A program made the position numbers and the translations under genes. The notes below the pieces were generated by a model. That model did not search any database, was not told where the DNA came from, and saw nothing but the letters and a program-made list of their open reading frames with translations. Positions 9,615-20,000 of a DNA stretch of 64,000 nucleotides are shown one piece after another; position 1 is the first letter of the stretch, and each line of letters opens with the position of its first letter. Origin of the DNA: Candidatus Latescibacterota bacterium (GTDB taxonomy: Bacteria > Latescibacterota > UBA2968 > GCA-2709665); contig OZ252100.1 of NCBI GenBank assembly GCA_965248435.1, positions 1,568,001-1,632,000 on the forward strand. Direction: 5' to 3'.

Positions 9615-10718
9615 ATGCTGATCTTCGACGGCGATTACCCGATGGCGCCCGTTGCCACCGAGGGAAACCTGGATTTGACCCGGCCCATCGATGAGGTGCG
9701 CGCCTCCGATCCCGGCAACGCGTTCAGGATGTTTTCCGATCGTGCAGAAGTCATGACCTCGCTGCCGGAGATGCGCCGCGGTAGGATCGCGGGCGCCCTC
9801 GTGAAGCTGAGCGGGCGGATCTGGAGGCCAGGGAGTACCCTCTGGGGTTACGCGAGCGGGCACCTGGCTTACGCTGCCGCCCACGGGCAGCTCGCCTACT
9901 ACCGCGTGCTTGAAGCGGAAGGTGAGGTAAGACTCCTCACGACGAAGCGAAGCGTAAGGGAGCACATGCAGACCTGGGCAGAAGCGGATCAACACGATGG
10001 CCTGCCGGTCGGATTCGTGATCGGAATGGAGGGGGCCGATCCAATCCTTTCGCCCGGACAGGTCGGCGAATGGGTTGAAGCCGGTTTGAGGGTCGTCAGC
10101 CTCACGCACTACGGTGTGAGCACCTATGCCCACGGAACGGCCACCGGCACATCCGGGGGGCTCTTTCCCCCGGCCAAAGACCTGCTTCGCGAGATGGACG
10201 CTGCCGGAGTGATCCTGGACCTGACCCACGCCTCGGACGAGTCGGTCCGGCAGGCCCTGGAGATCTTTACCGGCCCCATCCTGGCGAGCCATCAGAACTG
10301 CAGGGCACTGGTACCTGGGGAAAGACAGTTTCCGGACGAGCAGCTCAAATGGATCATCGAGCGCGGCGGCGTGATCGGGGCCTCCATGGATGCGTATATG
10401 CTCTACAAGCCGGGCATCGACTGGGCCAACATCCAGGACCGGCGATCCGTCTACGCCAGGGACACGATTACCCTTGGGGACCTCGTTGACCACATCGATC
10501 ACGTCTGCCAGTTGGCTGGCAACGCCCGCCACGCAGCGATCGGCGGCGATACGGACGGCCAGGGAGGGAAGAAGGGCGCCCCATACGAAATCGACACCGT
10601 AGCCGATTATCAGAAAGTGGGCGACATCCTCGAAGCGCGAGGCTACGCCCGAGAGGACATCAAAAATATCATGTACCGAAACTGGCAGCGATTCTTCGAA
10701 ACCTGGCTGCCCGCATAG
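9615..10718 (+). CDS. Membrane dipeptidase (M19, amidohydrolase superfamily)
   Basis: GMEGADPI, LDLTH, ASHQN, HIDHV, IGGDTDG; SD GAGGAGG. Confidence 0.88.
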   Translation: MLIFDGDYPMAPVATEGNLDLTRPIDEVRASDPGNAFRMFSDRAEVMTSLPEMRRGRIAGALVKLSGRIWRPGSTLWGYASGHLAYAAAHGQLAYYRVLEAEGEVRLLTTKRSVREHMQTWAEADQHDGLPVGFVIGMEGADPILSPGQVGEWVEAGLRVVSLTHYGVSTYAHGTATGTSGGLFPPAKDLLREMDAAGVILDLTHASDESVRQALEIFTGPILASHQNCRALVPGERQFPDEQLKWIIERGGVIGASMDAYMLYKPGIDWANIQDRRSVYARDTITLGDLVDHIDHVCQLAGNARHAAIGGDTDGQGGKKGAPYEIDTVADYQKVGDILEARGYAREDIKNIMYRNWQRFFETWLPA

Positions 10719-10729
10719 AAGATTGTAAT

Positions 10730-10845
10730 TCTGGAGTATTGCAGTACTGGAGTGTTAGAGTAATGGGAAAGCGAAGACAAACAGTATTCACGATGCCTTC
10801 CATTACTCCATTACTCCATTACTCCAGCACCCCATTTCCAGCACT
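10730..10845. repeat. Inverted array of octamer units (TGGAGTAN)n ... (TCCATTAC)n
   Basis: ctggagtatt/ctggagtgtt/gagtaatgg followed by ccattactccattactccattactccagc. Confidence 0.75.
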
Positions 10846-10884
10846 GGCAGCTTTCGCTCTTCGTGTCCTCATTACACTTGATCC

Positions 10885-12429
10885 ATGACTGATAGACCGA
10901 ATATCCTCCTGATCATGACGGACCAGCACGCGCCCAAAATCTCGGGCTTCGCGGGCGACTCCGTCGTGAACACTCCGCATCTCGACGAACTGGCCGCCCG
11001 ATCCATACAGTTCGACACCGCCGTATGTGCTTCCCCTGTCTGCACCCCTTCCCGAATGTGCACGCTCACCGCAAAAGAGGCCCATCGCTGCAGCGCCTGG
11101 AACAATCACTGGGCCATCTTTCCCGAACACCTCACCTGGCCCGCACATTTTGCGGCATACGGCTACCGTACCTGTCTCGTCGGGAAGATGCACTTCGGGG
11201 GACGCGACCAGATGCAGGGGTTCCAGTTCAGGCCCTACGGCGACCTTCGCCACGGATTAGGACATCAACCCGACCCGATCGATCTCTTCCCGGCATACGC
11301 GGGTGCATCCGGCGCAGGAGTCACCGAAATCCCTGAAAGCCTGCTCCAGGAGGTTATCGTCACGAGGGAATCCCTCGCCTTCCTCCTCGAACACCAGGAC
11401 CGCGAGCCGGACGTCCCCTGGTTTTTCTGTGCCTCATACTCCCGTCCTCATTCTCCGTTCACGGCGCCAGGACGCTACATCCGACGATACCGGGACAAGG
11501 TCCCACGCGTCGAACTCCCGGAGGACTTCAAGGAGCGTATGGATCCCTTCGCCCGGAAGATGTATGGCGGCGAAACCGGAGGAGATTTGTCTCTCGAACA
11601 AACCCAGCGCGCCCGCGAAGCCTACTATGCCTGCGTAGACTTCGTGGACGACTGCATCGGAGAGCTGATGGATGGGCTCGAGCAGGCCGGACTGCTCGAA
11701 AACACGATCGTCATCTACACGAGCGACCACGGGGAGATGGCCGGGTTGCACGGCCTCTGGGGCAAGGTGGTCCACTTCGAGCCCTCCGTCGGTGTCCCCC
11801 TCCTGATCTTTGGTCCGGGAATTCGCGAAGGGCATCACAGAGTGGGCCATCCCACGTCCTTGATGGATCTTTACCCCACGACCTGTTCGCTTGCGGGCAT
11901 CCCCGTCCCTGACCATCTGGACGGGGTGGATTTCGCCGGGGTCCTGGCCGATCCAGAGTCCGCGAAGTCGCCCCGAACCTATGCCCCCAGCGCCTACTAT
12001 GCCTACGGTGTGAAGACCAGAGGGGCCGTGGGGGCCGCCGAGTCCGAGCCTCACAACGCGATGCGGCTCGTGAGGGACCGGGATTGGAAGTATGTGGAGA
12101 TAGAGGGCGGGCCGCCCCTCCTGTTCGACACGCTCCACGACCCGGATGAGACGACCAACCTGGCCGAGCAACAGGATCAGGCGGAGCGGTGCCGAGCGAT
12201 GCGGGAGGCCCTTTTCGAGGGGTTCAGCTGGGAAGATGTGCACCGCCAACTCGCGGAGGACCGCGAGCGGATCAAAGCCTTCCTCTCCGGCCAGAAGCCA
12301 TCCACGCCAAACCAGTATATGCTTGCCGACGGGCGGGTCTTCGATGCAGAGGCCGACCTCTACGGGGCCCGCTGGCTCTACCGTCCTCCCTCCCAGGGAG
12401 GAGGCATCATCCCCCAGCAATTCGGTTGA
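10885..12429 (+). CDS. Formylglycine-dependent sulfatase (choline-sulfatase-like)
   Basis: RPNILLIMTDQH, CTPSR (CxPxR), GKMH, SDHG, DPDETTNLA. Confidence 0.93.
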   Translation: MTDRPNILLIMTDQHAPKISGFAGDSVVNTPHLDELAARSIQFDTAVCASPVCTPSRMCTLTAKEAHRCSAWNNHWAIFPEHLTWPAHFAAYGYRTCLVGKMHFGGRDQMQGFQFRPYGDLRHGLGHQPDPIDLFPAYAGASGAGVTEIPESLLQEVIVTRESLAFLLEHQDREPDVPWFFCASYSRPHSPFTAPGRYIRRYRDKVPRVELPEDFKERMDPFARKMYGGETGGDLSLEQTQRAREAYYACVDFVDDCIGELMDGLEQAGLLENTIVIYTSDHGEMAGLHGLWGKVVHFEPSVGVPLLIFGPGIREGHHRVGHPTSLMDLYPTTCSLAGIPVPDHLDGVDFAGVLADPESAKSPRTYAPSAYYAYGVKTRGAVGAAESEPHNAMRLVRDRDWKYVEIEGGPPLLFDTLHDPDETTNLAEQQDQAERCRAMREALFEGFSWEDVHRQLAEDRERIKAFLSGQKPSTPNQYMLADGRVFDAEADLYGARWLYRPPSQGGGIIPQQFG

Positions 12430-12457
12430 TCCAGCCGGCTTGAAAACCACTATTCTA

Positions 12458-12486
12458 TTGACTTATCTCCGCGTCAGGTCTAGATT
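12458..12486 (+). promoter_or_regulatory. Putative sigma70 promoter
   Basis: TTGACT-N17-TAGATT, 24 bp before ATG 12510. Confidence 0.55.
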
Positions 12487-12509
12487 TAGACTCTCTTCGA
12501 GGGTCATCG

Positions 12510-13154
12510 ATGCGATTGAACAAAGAATGGCGGATCTACCTCTCGAGCCTCGGCGCGCTCCTCCTGGCCGCAGGGGCAACAGCGTTTTTCCTTCCCGATT
12601 ACAGGAACCTGTTCTACCTCTTCCTGTATTCCGCACCCTCCAACTCCTTTATCCCCGTTCCGCACGAGCCTGCGATGATCTTCTTCGGGCGCCTCTACCT
12701 GCCTGAGCTTGTCGCGCTCGTTGCAGCTGTCGGGACGTTGATCCCCTGCTTCATCGACTACAAGGCCATCAGTTTCGCCTTTCAAGCGGAAAAACTCAGG
12801 AAAATACGGGACAGCAAGGTCTACGGCGGGGCCGTCTACTACTTCCTGAAGGCCCCGTTCGTCTGCGTCTTCCTTGCCGCTTTGCTGCCTTTCATCCCGT
12901 TCTACATCTTTAGAGTACTCAGCCCGACGAGTGGCTACGCACTCAGCCGCTATATGCTGGCCGTCTTCCTCGGCAGGATCCCCCGCTATTATCTGTTCGC
13001 CTTGCTGGGGACCCTTCCGATACTTCCCCTGCTGCTCGTCATCAGCATCGTGCTGATCGTCTGTGCCCTTTCCTACGCAGTCATCAAACGTCACCTGGTT
13101 TCACGCAGCGAAGGGTCTCCAGGTCCCGTCCAACCCACGCATTCCCGGGTTTAG
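12510..13154 (+). CDS. VTT/DedA (SNARE-associated)-like membrane protein
   Basis: Multiple TM segments; PFIPF...YMLAVFLGRIPRY motif. Confidence 0.7.
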   Translation: MRLNKEWRIYLSSLGALLLAAGATAFFLPDYRNLFYLFLYSAPSNSFIPVPHEPAMIFFGRLYLPELVALVAAVGTLIPCFIDYKAISFAFQAEKLRKIRDSKVYGGAVYYFLKAPFVCVFLAALLPFIPFYIFRVLSPTSGYALSRYMLAVFLGRIPRYYLFALLGTLPILPLLLVISIVLIVCALSYAVIKRHLVSRSEGSPGPVQPTHSRV

Positions 13155-13158
13155 CCGA

Positions 13159-14589
13159 ATGTCCAGCGCGCCTTTTCAGGCCTGCATTCTCTTTCTCGTG
13201 GATGGGGCACGGCCCGACGTCCTTGACGACCTGATGCAACGCGGCGAACTGCCGAACATCTCTCGTTACATCGTGGAGCCCGGTTCATTCTGTCGGGCGA
13301 CCACCGTCTTTCCCTCGACCACCGGTCCCGCATACCTTCCTTTCCTGACCGGTACCTACCCCGGTCCGAGCAACCTCCCTGGAATCCGTTGGTTCGACAG
13401 AAAGGCGTTTTCCCGATATGGCATCTGGGGCTGGAAGAGCTGCCGCTCCTATATCGGCCCGGGGAGCTACTGCATCAACAATGACCTGACACTCCCGTTC
13501 CCGACGATCTTCGAGCGTTTCGAACGGCCCGCGAACATTTTCAGCGCCATCAATCGAGGCGTCGGGTTCGTGGGCAACTCCACGAAGGCGATCCGCAGTG
13601 CCTACTGGCTCTACGCGCACTGGACAGACCGCTGGCAACCTGTAGACAGGGCCGCCGGGCGGCTCCTCATCAGTGCCATCCGTCGGAGGTCGGACTTCGT
13701 CTTTGTCGTCTTTCCCGGCGTCGACGAATTCTCTCACCTGAGACATCCTTTCGCGGACGAAGTCCTGGAATCTTATCGTGAGCTGGATCGCGCGGTCGGG
13801 AACGCAGCAGCAGAGCTCTCTGCCCAGGGTAGGGCTGAAGAGACGCTCCTGGTGCTCGTTAGCGACCACGGACTCACCGAAACCCGAAATCATTTCGACC
13901 CGGGCGACCTGCTCGATTCCCTCGGCCTGCGAACCCTCCACTTTCCAAAGGTCTTCCGCCCCGACGCGGACGCCGCGTTCATGGTCTCCGGGAACGGAAT
14001 GGGCCACGTCTATTTTCGTGCGAAGCGGGGCTGGGAAGAACGGATGTGTTTTGAAGACATCCGTGAGCTCAAACCCGATCCGGTGACCGAGTTTCTCTGC
14101 AGAAGTGAAATCGATCTGGTCGCGAGTCGGGCTCACGACGGCGGGGTCTGGGTGGTCGGACAGAATGGGGAGGCTCGGATATTCGAAAGAGGAGGGCGCT
14201 ACACCTATGAGATCCTTTCCGGGGACCCGCTGGGCTACGGTCCCCTCTCTCCCGAGCTGGATGCCGAACAGGCTCATGCCCTGACCTTTGAGACGGACTA
14301 CCCGGACGGTCTGGTCCAACTCGCACAGATCTTTGAGGCCCCGAGGGCGGGGGACCTGATCCTCAGTGCGAAGGTGGGCTGTGACCTCAGATCGTGTGAA
14401 TATGAAAACCCGGATCACCACGCTTCGCACGGCTCTTTATACCGCGAGCACATGCACGTTCCCCTGGCCATAAACACCCCCGTCCAGAACGATCGCCTGC
14501 GCACCGTCGACCTGTTCCCTTCAATCCTCCAGCTGACGGGACGGCCCTTCCCGGGAGACATCGAAGGAAGGACGGTTGGTGCTTCTTAG
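13159..14589 (+). CDS. Alkaline phosphatase superfamily / nucleotide pyrophosphatase-phosphodiesterase
   Basis: LVDGAR, TVFPSTT (Thr nucleophile), DEFSH, VSDHG, SHGS. Confidence 0.85.
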   Translation: MSSAPFQACILFLVDGARPDVLDDLMQRGELPNISRYIVEPGSFCRATTVFPSTTGPAYLPFLTGTYPGPSNLPGIRWFDRKAFSRYGIWGWKSCRSYIGPGSYCINNDLTLPFPTIFERFERPANIFSAINRGVGFVGNSTKAIRSAYWLYAHWTDRWQPVDRAAGRLLISAIRRRSDFVFVVFPGVDEFSHLRHPFADEVLESYRELDRAVGNAAAELSAQGRAEETLLVLVSDHGLTETRNHFDPGDLLDSLGLRTLHFPKVFRPDADAAFMVSGNGMGHVYFRAKRGWEERMCFEDIRELKPDPVTEFLCRSEIDLVASRAHDGGVWVVGQNGEARIFERGGRYTYEILSGDPLGYGPLSPELDAEQAHALTFETDYPDGLVQLAQIFEAPRAGDLILSAKVGCDLRSCEYENPDHHASHGSLYREHMHVPLAINTPVQNDRLRTVDLFPSILQLTGRPFPGDIEGRTVGAS

Positions 14590-14610
14590 GCAGGGCCCTG
14601 CACCGGCCAA

Positions 14611-15276
14611 ATGACCGTAATGAGCATCTTCTATATCGGGGTTTCCCTCGACCTCATCGGCGTCCTCCTCATCGGCCTGGACTTGATGGGGCGCAACCGG
14701 ATCGAACGGTTTGAAGCGCAGCTCCAACGCCTCCTCCGCGACACGGCTGTAGCCCTCTTCACTCCGGCCTACGTCTTCCAGACATTTCAGGACCTTTTTT
14801 ACAAACGCCGCGTATTCTTCTGGTTTCTTGCACTCACCCCGGTCCTGCTGCTGCCCCGGTATGTCGCGTGGTTGATCACGACGCCCGTCTGGTACTATGT
14901 CCGCGGGCTCGGCATCCTCTGGTCGATCATCGGCGCATTCTGTCTGCCACTCGTCCTCTTCAGTCTTCTCCTCTGGGTCTGTTTCCACAGACATGCCGGG
15001 TTTCCGGTCTGGGTCGACCATCTGCTTGCGGTCGCCGCCTTCCCCTTCCGTCCCGGGCTTGTCCTGACCCTGCCCGCGGCCTTCATCTTCCTCCTGCTGC
15101 CCGTCCTCCTGAACTTCATCTTCATCAAAGGACTGCTCTATGTCCTCTACGCAGTCACCGTCCTACTATGGCACTTCCCCTTCCTCCACCCCGCCAGGGG
15201 CTCCCTCGCGCTGCGTCTGATGGGCATCCTCTGCCTGGGCGCAGGGGTCACGGTCCAGCTGATCACGATGTTCTAG
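14611..15276 (+). CDS. Hypothetical integral membrane protein
   Basis: 221 aa, very hydrophobic, co-directional with upstream genes. Confidence 0.7.
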   Translation: MTVMSIFYIGVSLDLIGVLLIGLDLMGRNRIERFEAQLQRLLRDTAVALFTPAYVFQTFQDLFYKRRVFFWFLALTPVLLLPRYVAWLITTPVWYYVRGLGILWSIIGAFCLPLVLFSLLLWVCFHRHAGFPVWVDHLLAVAAFPFRPGLVLTLPAAFIFLLLPVLLNFIFIKGLLYVLYAVTVLLWHFPFLHPARGSLALRLMGILCLGAGVTVQLITMF

Positions 15277-15316
15277 ACATCCCGTTCCTCGGGGCGTCTC
15301 TAACCGACAGGGCACG

Positions 15317-15350
15317 AAAAAACGCCGCCAGAAATCAGATCTGACGGCGT
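15317..15350 (-). terminator. Probable intrinsic terminator
   Basis: ACGCCGTCAGA..TCTGGCGGCGT stem followed by a T run on the minus strand, between convergent genes. Confidence 0.55.
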
Positions 15351-15420
15351 GGTATTGGACACGGCGTACCGTGTCCCTTCTTCTCTGTCTCTTTCTTCTC
15401 GATCCACTTACGCGAAATTC

Positions 15421-15478
15421 AAATCCCCCTCAATCCCCCTCCCTCGACAAGCTCGGGACATGCTTTTCAAAGGGGGAA
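15421..15478. repeat. AATCCCCCT..CCCCCTTT..AAAGGGGG palindromic REP with a nested 23-bp micro-element (15440-15462)
   Basis: Uninterrupted relatives at ~28600-28635 and ~63775-63810. Confidence 0.7.
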
Positions 15479-15654
15479 GGTTGCTTCTCGTTTAACACAT
15501 TGTGGATCGTTTCCGTGGATCTCCGCGTGTTCTTCCGTGATCCAGGTTTTTCTGCGGTACCCGGTACCCGTATTTTGATTTCCCGGGGCGACGCAGGCGT
15601 CGCCCCAAACCGTAAGATCCCTGTAACCTATCTACCTATCCCGGTACCCGTTTT

Positions 15655-16980
15655 CTAAGTCAGTTTCTTCCCGAAATTTTGGGCAAACTCGATAAAATCG
15701 AACAGTCCCACCCGACCATCTCCGTCCAGGTCGAATTGGGGATCCGCATCGGGGCGTTCGAAATTCAGAACAAATTCGAGGAAGTCCTGAAAACCGACCT
15801 CTCCATCCCCGTCAAAGTCCCCCGCCAAAGCCTGGATGGGCACCTCCCGGATCACGCTTATGGAAACCTGGTCAAAAGCGCCTGAGGGATCCATCAGTTT
15901 GATCTGAATCGTCTCCGAACCCGCCCAGTCCAGATCGGCGAAAATCCTCGCCGTCGGACCCTCCAGAATCTCCACGTTCACGCTCCCGTCCGTTAGGCCC
16001 TGCCAGACCAGCGAGCCGAGGTCATCGTCCACATCCTCGCCCCCCGCGGCGAGGCTGATCGAAACAGACGGCCCCGAAAGCGAAATCGTATCCTGCAGCA
16101 CCCCGCCCACAATCTGCGGAGGGTCGTTCACCGGTTGCACCGCGAGAGGCACCTCTGCTGTCGCGCTGATGCCACTCGGGTCCGTCGCGCTGAAGGCAAT
16201 CTGAACATCCCCGTTGAAATCTGGAGACGGTGTGAACACGACCTGGGTCGAGTCCGCGCCCGGAAACGTGACATCCACGTTGGAACCCGACCCGGTCACA
16301 TCCCAGACGATGCCCGCGGGTCCCGACTCGGCGTCCGTGGCCAGATCGAGCAGGTTCAGGACAAGGACAGAATCCTCGTCCATCTGAAACGGATCAGGGA
16401 GTTGAAAAGAAGGGGGAAGATTCCTGAACTCGAGGGGAGGGACCCCCTCAAATTCGAAGGTCAACCCATCTACGTTCGGGACCGTGTAGACGCTGACCCG
16501 CGGGATTCCGGGGTCATTGTGGAGGGCGATCTGAGAGCTGCCCGATAGACCCGCGGTCACAACCAGCCGGAGCGTGAACAGGGGCCCGGACACGACGGCA
16601 CCCGATAGGTCTGCCTCTGCGTAGTGAACGATGACGAGGCTGTCGGAATGCGCCAGGAGCGTATCCACCAGGATCTCGGAAAGCAGGCCATCGGACTCAG
16701 CGGGCTGGATGCCCGGGTCCGGTGATATATCCAGGGGTTCGAACAGCCCAGGATCGAACGCGAGGAAAAGTTCCACACCGGTGAGGACCTCGCCCTCCGA
16801 ATCCACTTCAACAACCACGTCTACCGTGTCGCCCGGAGGGGCGTAAAACAGGCTGTCGCCATCGGAGGTCAGGATCTGGAGGATAAGCGAAAGGGCGGGT
16901 TGGGGCTGAAATACGAGTACAGTGAGGAAGAAGAATAGAAAAGGGATCTGTCGCATAGCGTGCGATAGGAGGTTGCGCAT
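15655..16980 (-). CDS. Secreted protein: cohesin-like + cadherin/Ig-like repeats + dockerin/EF-hand tail
   Basis: Signal peptide; GDTVDVVVEV..GVELFLAFDP; VQPVNDPP; GDFDGDGEVGFQDF..DLDGDGRVGLFDF. Confidence 0.8.
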   Translation of the reverse strand: MRNLLSHAMRQIPFLFFFLTVLVFQPQPALSLILQILTSDGDSLFYAPPGDTVDVVVEVDSEGEVLTGVELFLAFDPGLFEPLDISPDPGIQPAESDGLLSEILVDTLLAHSDSLVIVHYAEADLSGAVVSGPLFTLRLVVTAGLSGSSQIALHNDPGIPRVSVYTVPNVDGLTFEFEGVPPLEFRNLPPSFQLPDPFQMDEDSVLVLNLLDLATDAESGPAGIVWDVTGSGSNVDVTFPGADSTQVVFTPSPDFNGDVQIAFSATDPSGISATAEVPLAVQPVNDPPQIVGGVLQDTISLSGPSVSISLAAGGEDVDDDLGSLVWQGLTDGSVNVEILEGPTARIFADLDWAGSETIQIKLMDPSGAFDQVSISVIREVPIQALAGDFDGDGEVGFQDFLEFVLNFERPDADPQFDLDGDGRVGLFDFIEFAQNFGKKLT

Positions 16981-17091
16981 CGCGTCACCTGTGAGTCTGA
17001 GTGTTGGGCGAACAGGAGGACCGCACCCGGGTCAAGGGGAGCAGTCTTCTTCACATCTACAAACCGAAACCGGCGAAACTCAGCCTGGAGC

Positions 17092-20000
17092 CTATTTGAG
17101 CAGCACAGCCTTCTTCACGTCCACGAATCGACCGATGGCCACACGGTACAGGTAGACTCCGGATGCGACATAACGGCCCAGTTCATCGCGACCATCCCAC
17201 GTCGCTTGATGATACCCTGGTGGGAGCACCTCCCGCACGAGCCTGCGTACCTCCTGGCCCAGCGTATTGTAAACGATCAGCTCCACCCTGGCCACTTCGG
17301 ACACGTTAAACGGAATCGTGGTCGCCGGATTGAACGGGTTGGGCAGGTTTTGCATCAACGACGGCCGATCCGGGAGATCGGACGCGTTCCTGAACGGGAG
17401 TTCATAACCCGCGACGTAAGCGACATGTCCCGTCGCGTTCAAGACCTGTACGTTTTCGAGACGGATGCGATCCTTGAACGCTCGATCGGAGATCTTGAAG
17501 GAGAGCAGATGACCATTTCCGGACAGCCCCGCCTGCCTCCCGGACAGCACCGCTGCCACCCTGAACCTCACCTCTCCCTCACCGGCCATCTCTCTGACAA
17601 GAAATAGGGGTCGGCCATCGACCACAAGGAAATCACCAGACTGCATCCCGCTACGCGTCAGACCCGCACCAGAAGGTGCGACGAGGTCCGCAGAGAACCC
17701 CACCGTGGCCTGAGCGCCCTTAATCTTCAATTCGCCAACCAGAGGCTGCGCCCAGGAGATGGCGACCCGGGTCCCCGTGACCACAGGTTTGGCCGGAACA
17801 GCCGGACCCAATCCCTGCTCTCCGAAGTTGGACTGCAGCAGGGCGAAGTCCGCAAGCGTAACGACGCCGTCCCCGTTGAAGTCAGCACCCCAGGCCACGC
17901 TCCCGACGTCGAATCCAGAGGCACCGAAGTTGGCGGCAAGGATTCCGAAATCAGCCAGATCGGCACGGTTGTCATCGTTGGCATCCCCGGCCCGAAGCTC
18001 GGTGGACACAATTGAGCTATCCGCCGACACCCAGCGAAACGAAACCGGGCTCGAAACGCCAAGCGAATCGTTCACGACGACACTGTCCCCGGATACCCTT
18101 GCCCTCAGGTAATGAAAAGTCTTCGCGAACAACCCATACGATCCCGACGCAACCTGAAGCAGCGTAAAGCCGCCATCTGGAGCAAGGATAGTCTGAACCC
18201 CATTCTCGTTCAAGTCCAGATCGTTCGGAGGGGCGTAGGCCACGGAGTCCGGCAGGGGCGTCCCAAGAGAGTCGGTCAACGTGAGATCGAACCGGATGTC
18301 CAGATCGAGCCCGTCCGTGCGCCCCTGGAAGGAGACGCTGCCGGGCACCTTGTGATTCCTCAGAATAAGCGTACTCGGTGGAGGGATGTAGGGCAGGATC
18401 AGTGCACCGTCACTTCTCGCAGTGAGCACGGTCTGGCGGACCGAGGCGGTGTCGCTCACGACCTGGATCTGTGTCAGCGTGTCCTTGAGGGCGACGAACG
18501 TGAGATTACCGATCGGGACAGGTTCATCGGCCAGCACGGGGAGGAAGCCCAACCCGAAGTTGATCTGACCTGCTACCCCGTTGTCCAGGCCGTTCTGAAG
18601 GACCTTCGCACTCGAGGCCAGCGTGGAGTCCACGGCAAACGGTTGTAGCCCTGACGTGCCGGAATCCCCGTCAAGTAACGTAAACGCAAGGCTGTCGTAA
18701 TCCATGAAGATGGAAAGGCTCTGCACGTCGTGGCCCACAGGATTCAACCGGACGGTCGTGACGATCGTGTCCTGAATGTGGTATGGACTGTTTTCCGTGT
18801 AGACGAAATCGAAGAACGGCTGGGCCCCGGAAGAGGCGCTGGCCGTGTCGGAGGACGCGGATGCGACCTCTGCGACATTCTCTGAGACAGCGTAATAGTA
18901 GAACGCCTGATTCACTGTGGCGCTGCTGTCTATGAAACTCCGGAAGACGAACGTGCTGTCTTTCGTTTGCGCGGCACTCGTATCGAACCTTACGATCTCG
19001 GAGTAGGGTCCGGATTGTGCGGATGCCCTGAAGACCCGGTAGGAAACGATGCGGCCCGTTTCCTCATCCACCCTCGGCCGCCTCCAGGTCAGATTCACGT
19101 TCCCGCCCAGATCCCCCTGCAGGTCCTCGGCCTCCATCTTCAGCGGAGGCGCCGGCAGCTTGATCAGCGTGTCCACGTTGTTGGCGAATAGGGTCAGTCC
19201 GTTCCCGTCAGGGTCCAAAACTGCTACATCCGGTTTCCCGTCGGCGTTGACGTCGGCAGACACGGAAGCGCCTGCCCCCTGCACATCGCCAAGGGAGAAC
19301 GAGGTGGGGAAGGCCCCGTTTCCGTCGTTCACCAGAACCGTCACGTTGCCGTCGCCCCGGGGGACCAGAAGGTCCGCGTATCGATCGTGGTCGATGTCTG
19401 CCGCCTCCAACGCAGCAGCCGTATCGCCCACGGCATAGCTATTCGAAAGGCTGAACGCCCCGCTCCCGTCGTTCAAGTAGAGGGACACCTGCGAATTTTC
19501 CATCGCGACCGCAACGTCCCTGTCTCCGTCTCGATCGAAGTCTTCTGGCGCCAGGTGGACCGGGGTCGAGCCCGGAGTGACCGGGGTCTGTTGAGAGAAC
19601 GTCGCATTGCCCTGGTTGATGAGGAGCCTGAACGTCCCTTCCATACGGCTCAACACGAGCAGGTCGATCAGCCCGTTCCCGGTGAAATCTCCGGCCTCCA
19701 GCGCGTCGTGAGACGAACCGACCTGAAGCAGATCGGGGGCCTCGAAACTCCCCATGCCGTCGTTCAAGAAGATGTGCAGTCTACCCGCTGCTTCATCCGA
19801 CACGACGATATCCACATCCTGGTCGCTGTCGAAGTCGGCGAGCGCGAGGTGGGCCGCAGGCCCCCCCACGAAAAGGTCCACCGGAAGCGAGAATACCCCG
19901 GTACTGTCGTTGAATAGGATGGAGATCGTTTCTTTGATCCGATTCGCAGAGACGAGATCCAGGTCGCCGTCCAGATCCAGGTCCGTAACCGCTACGTCCA

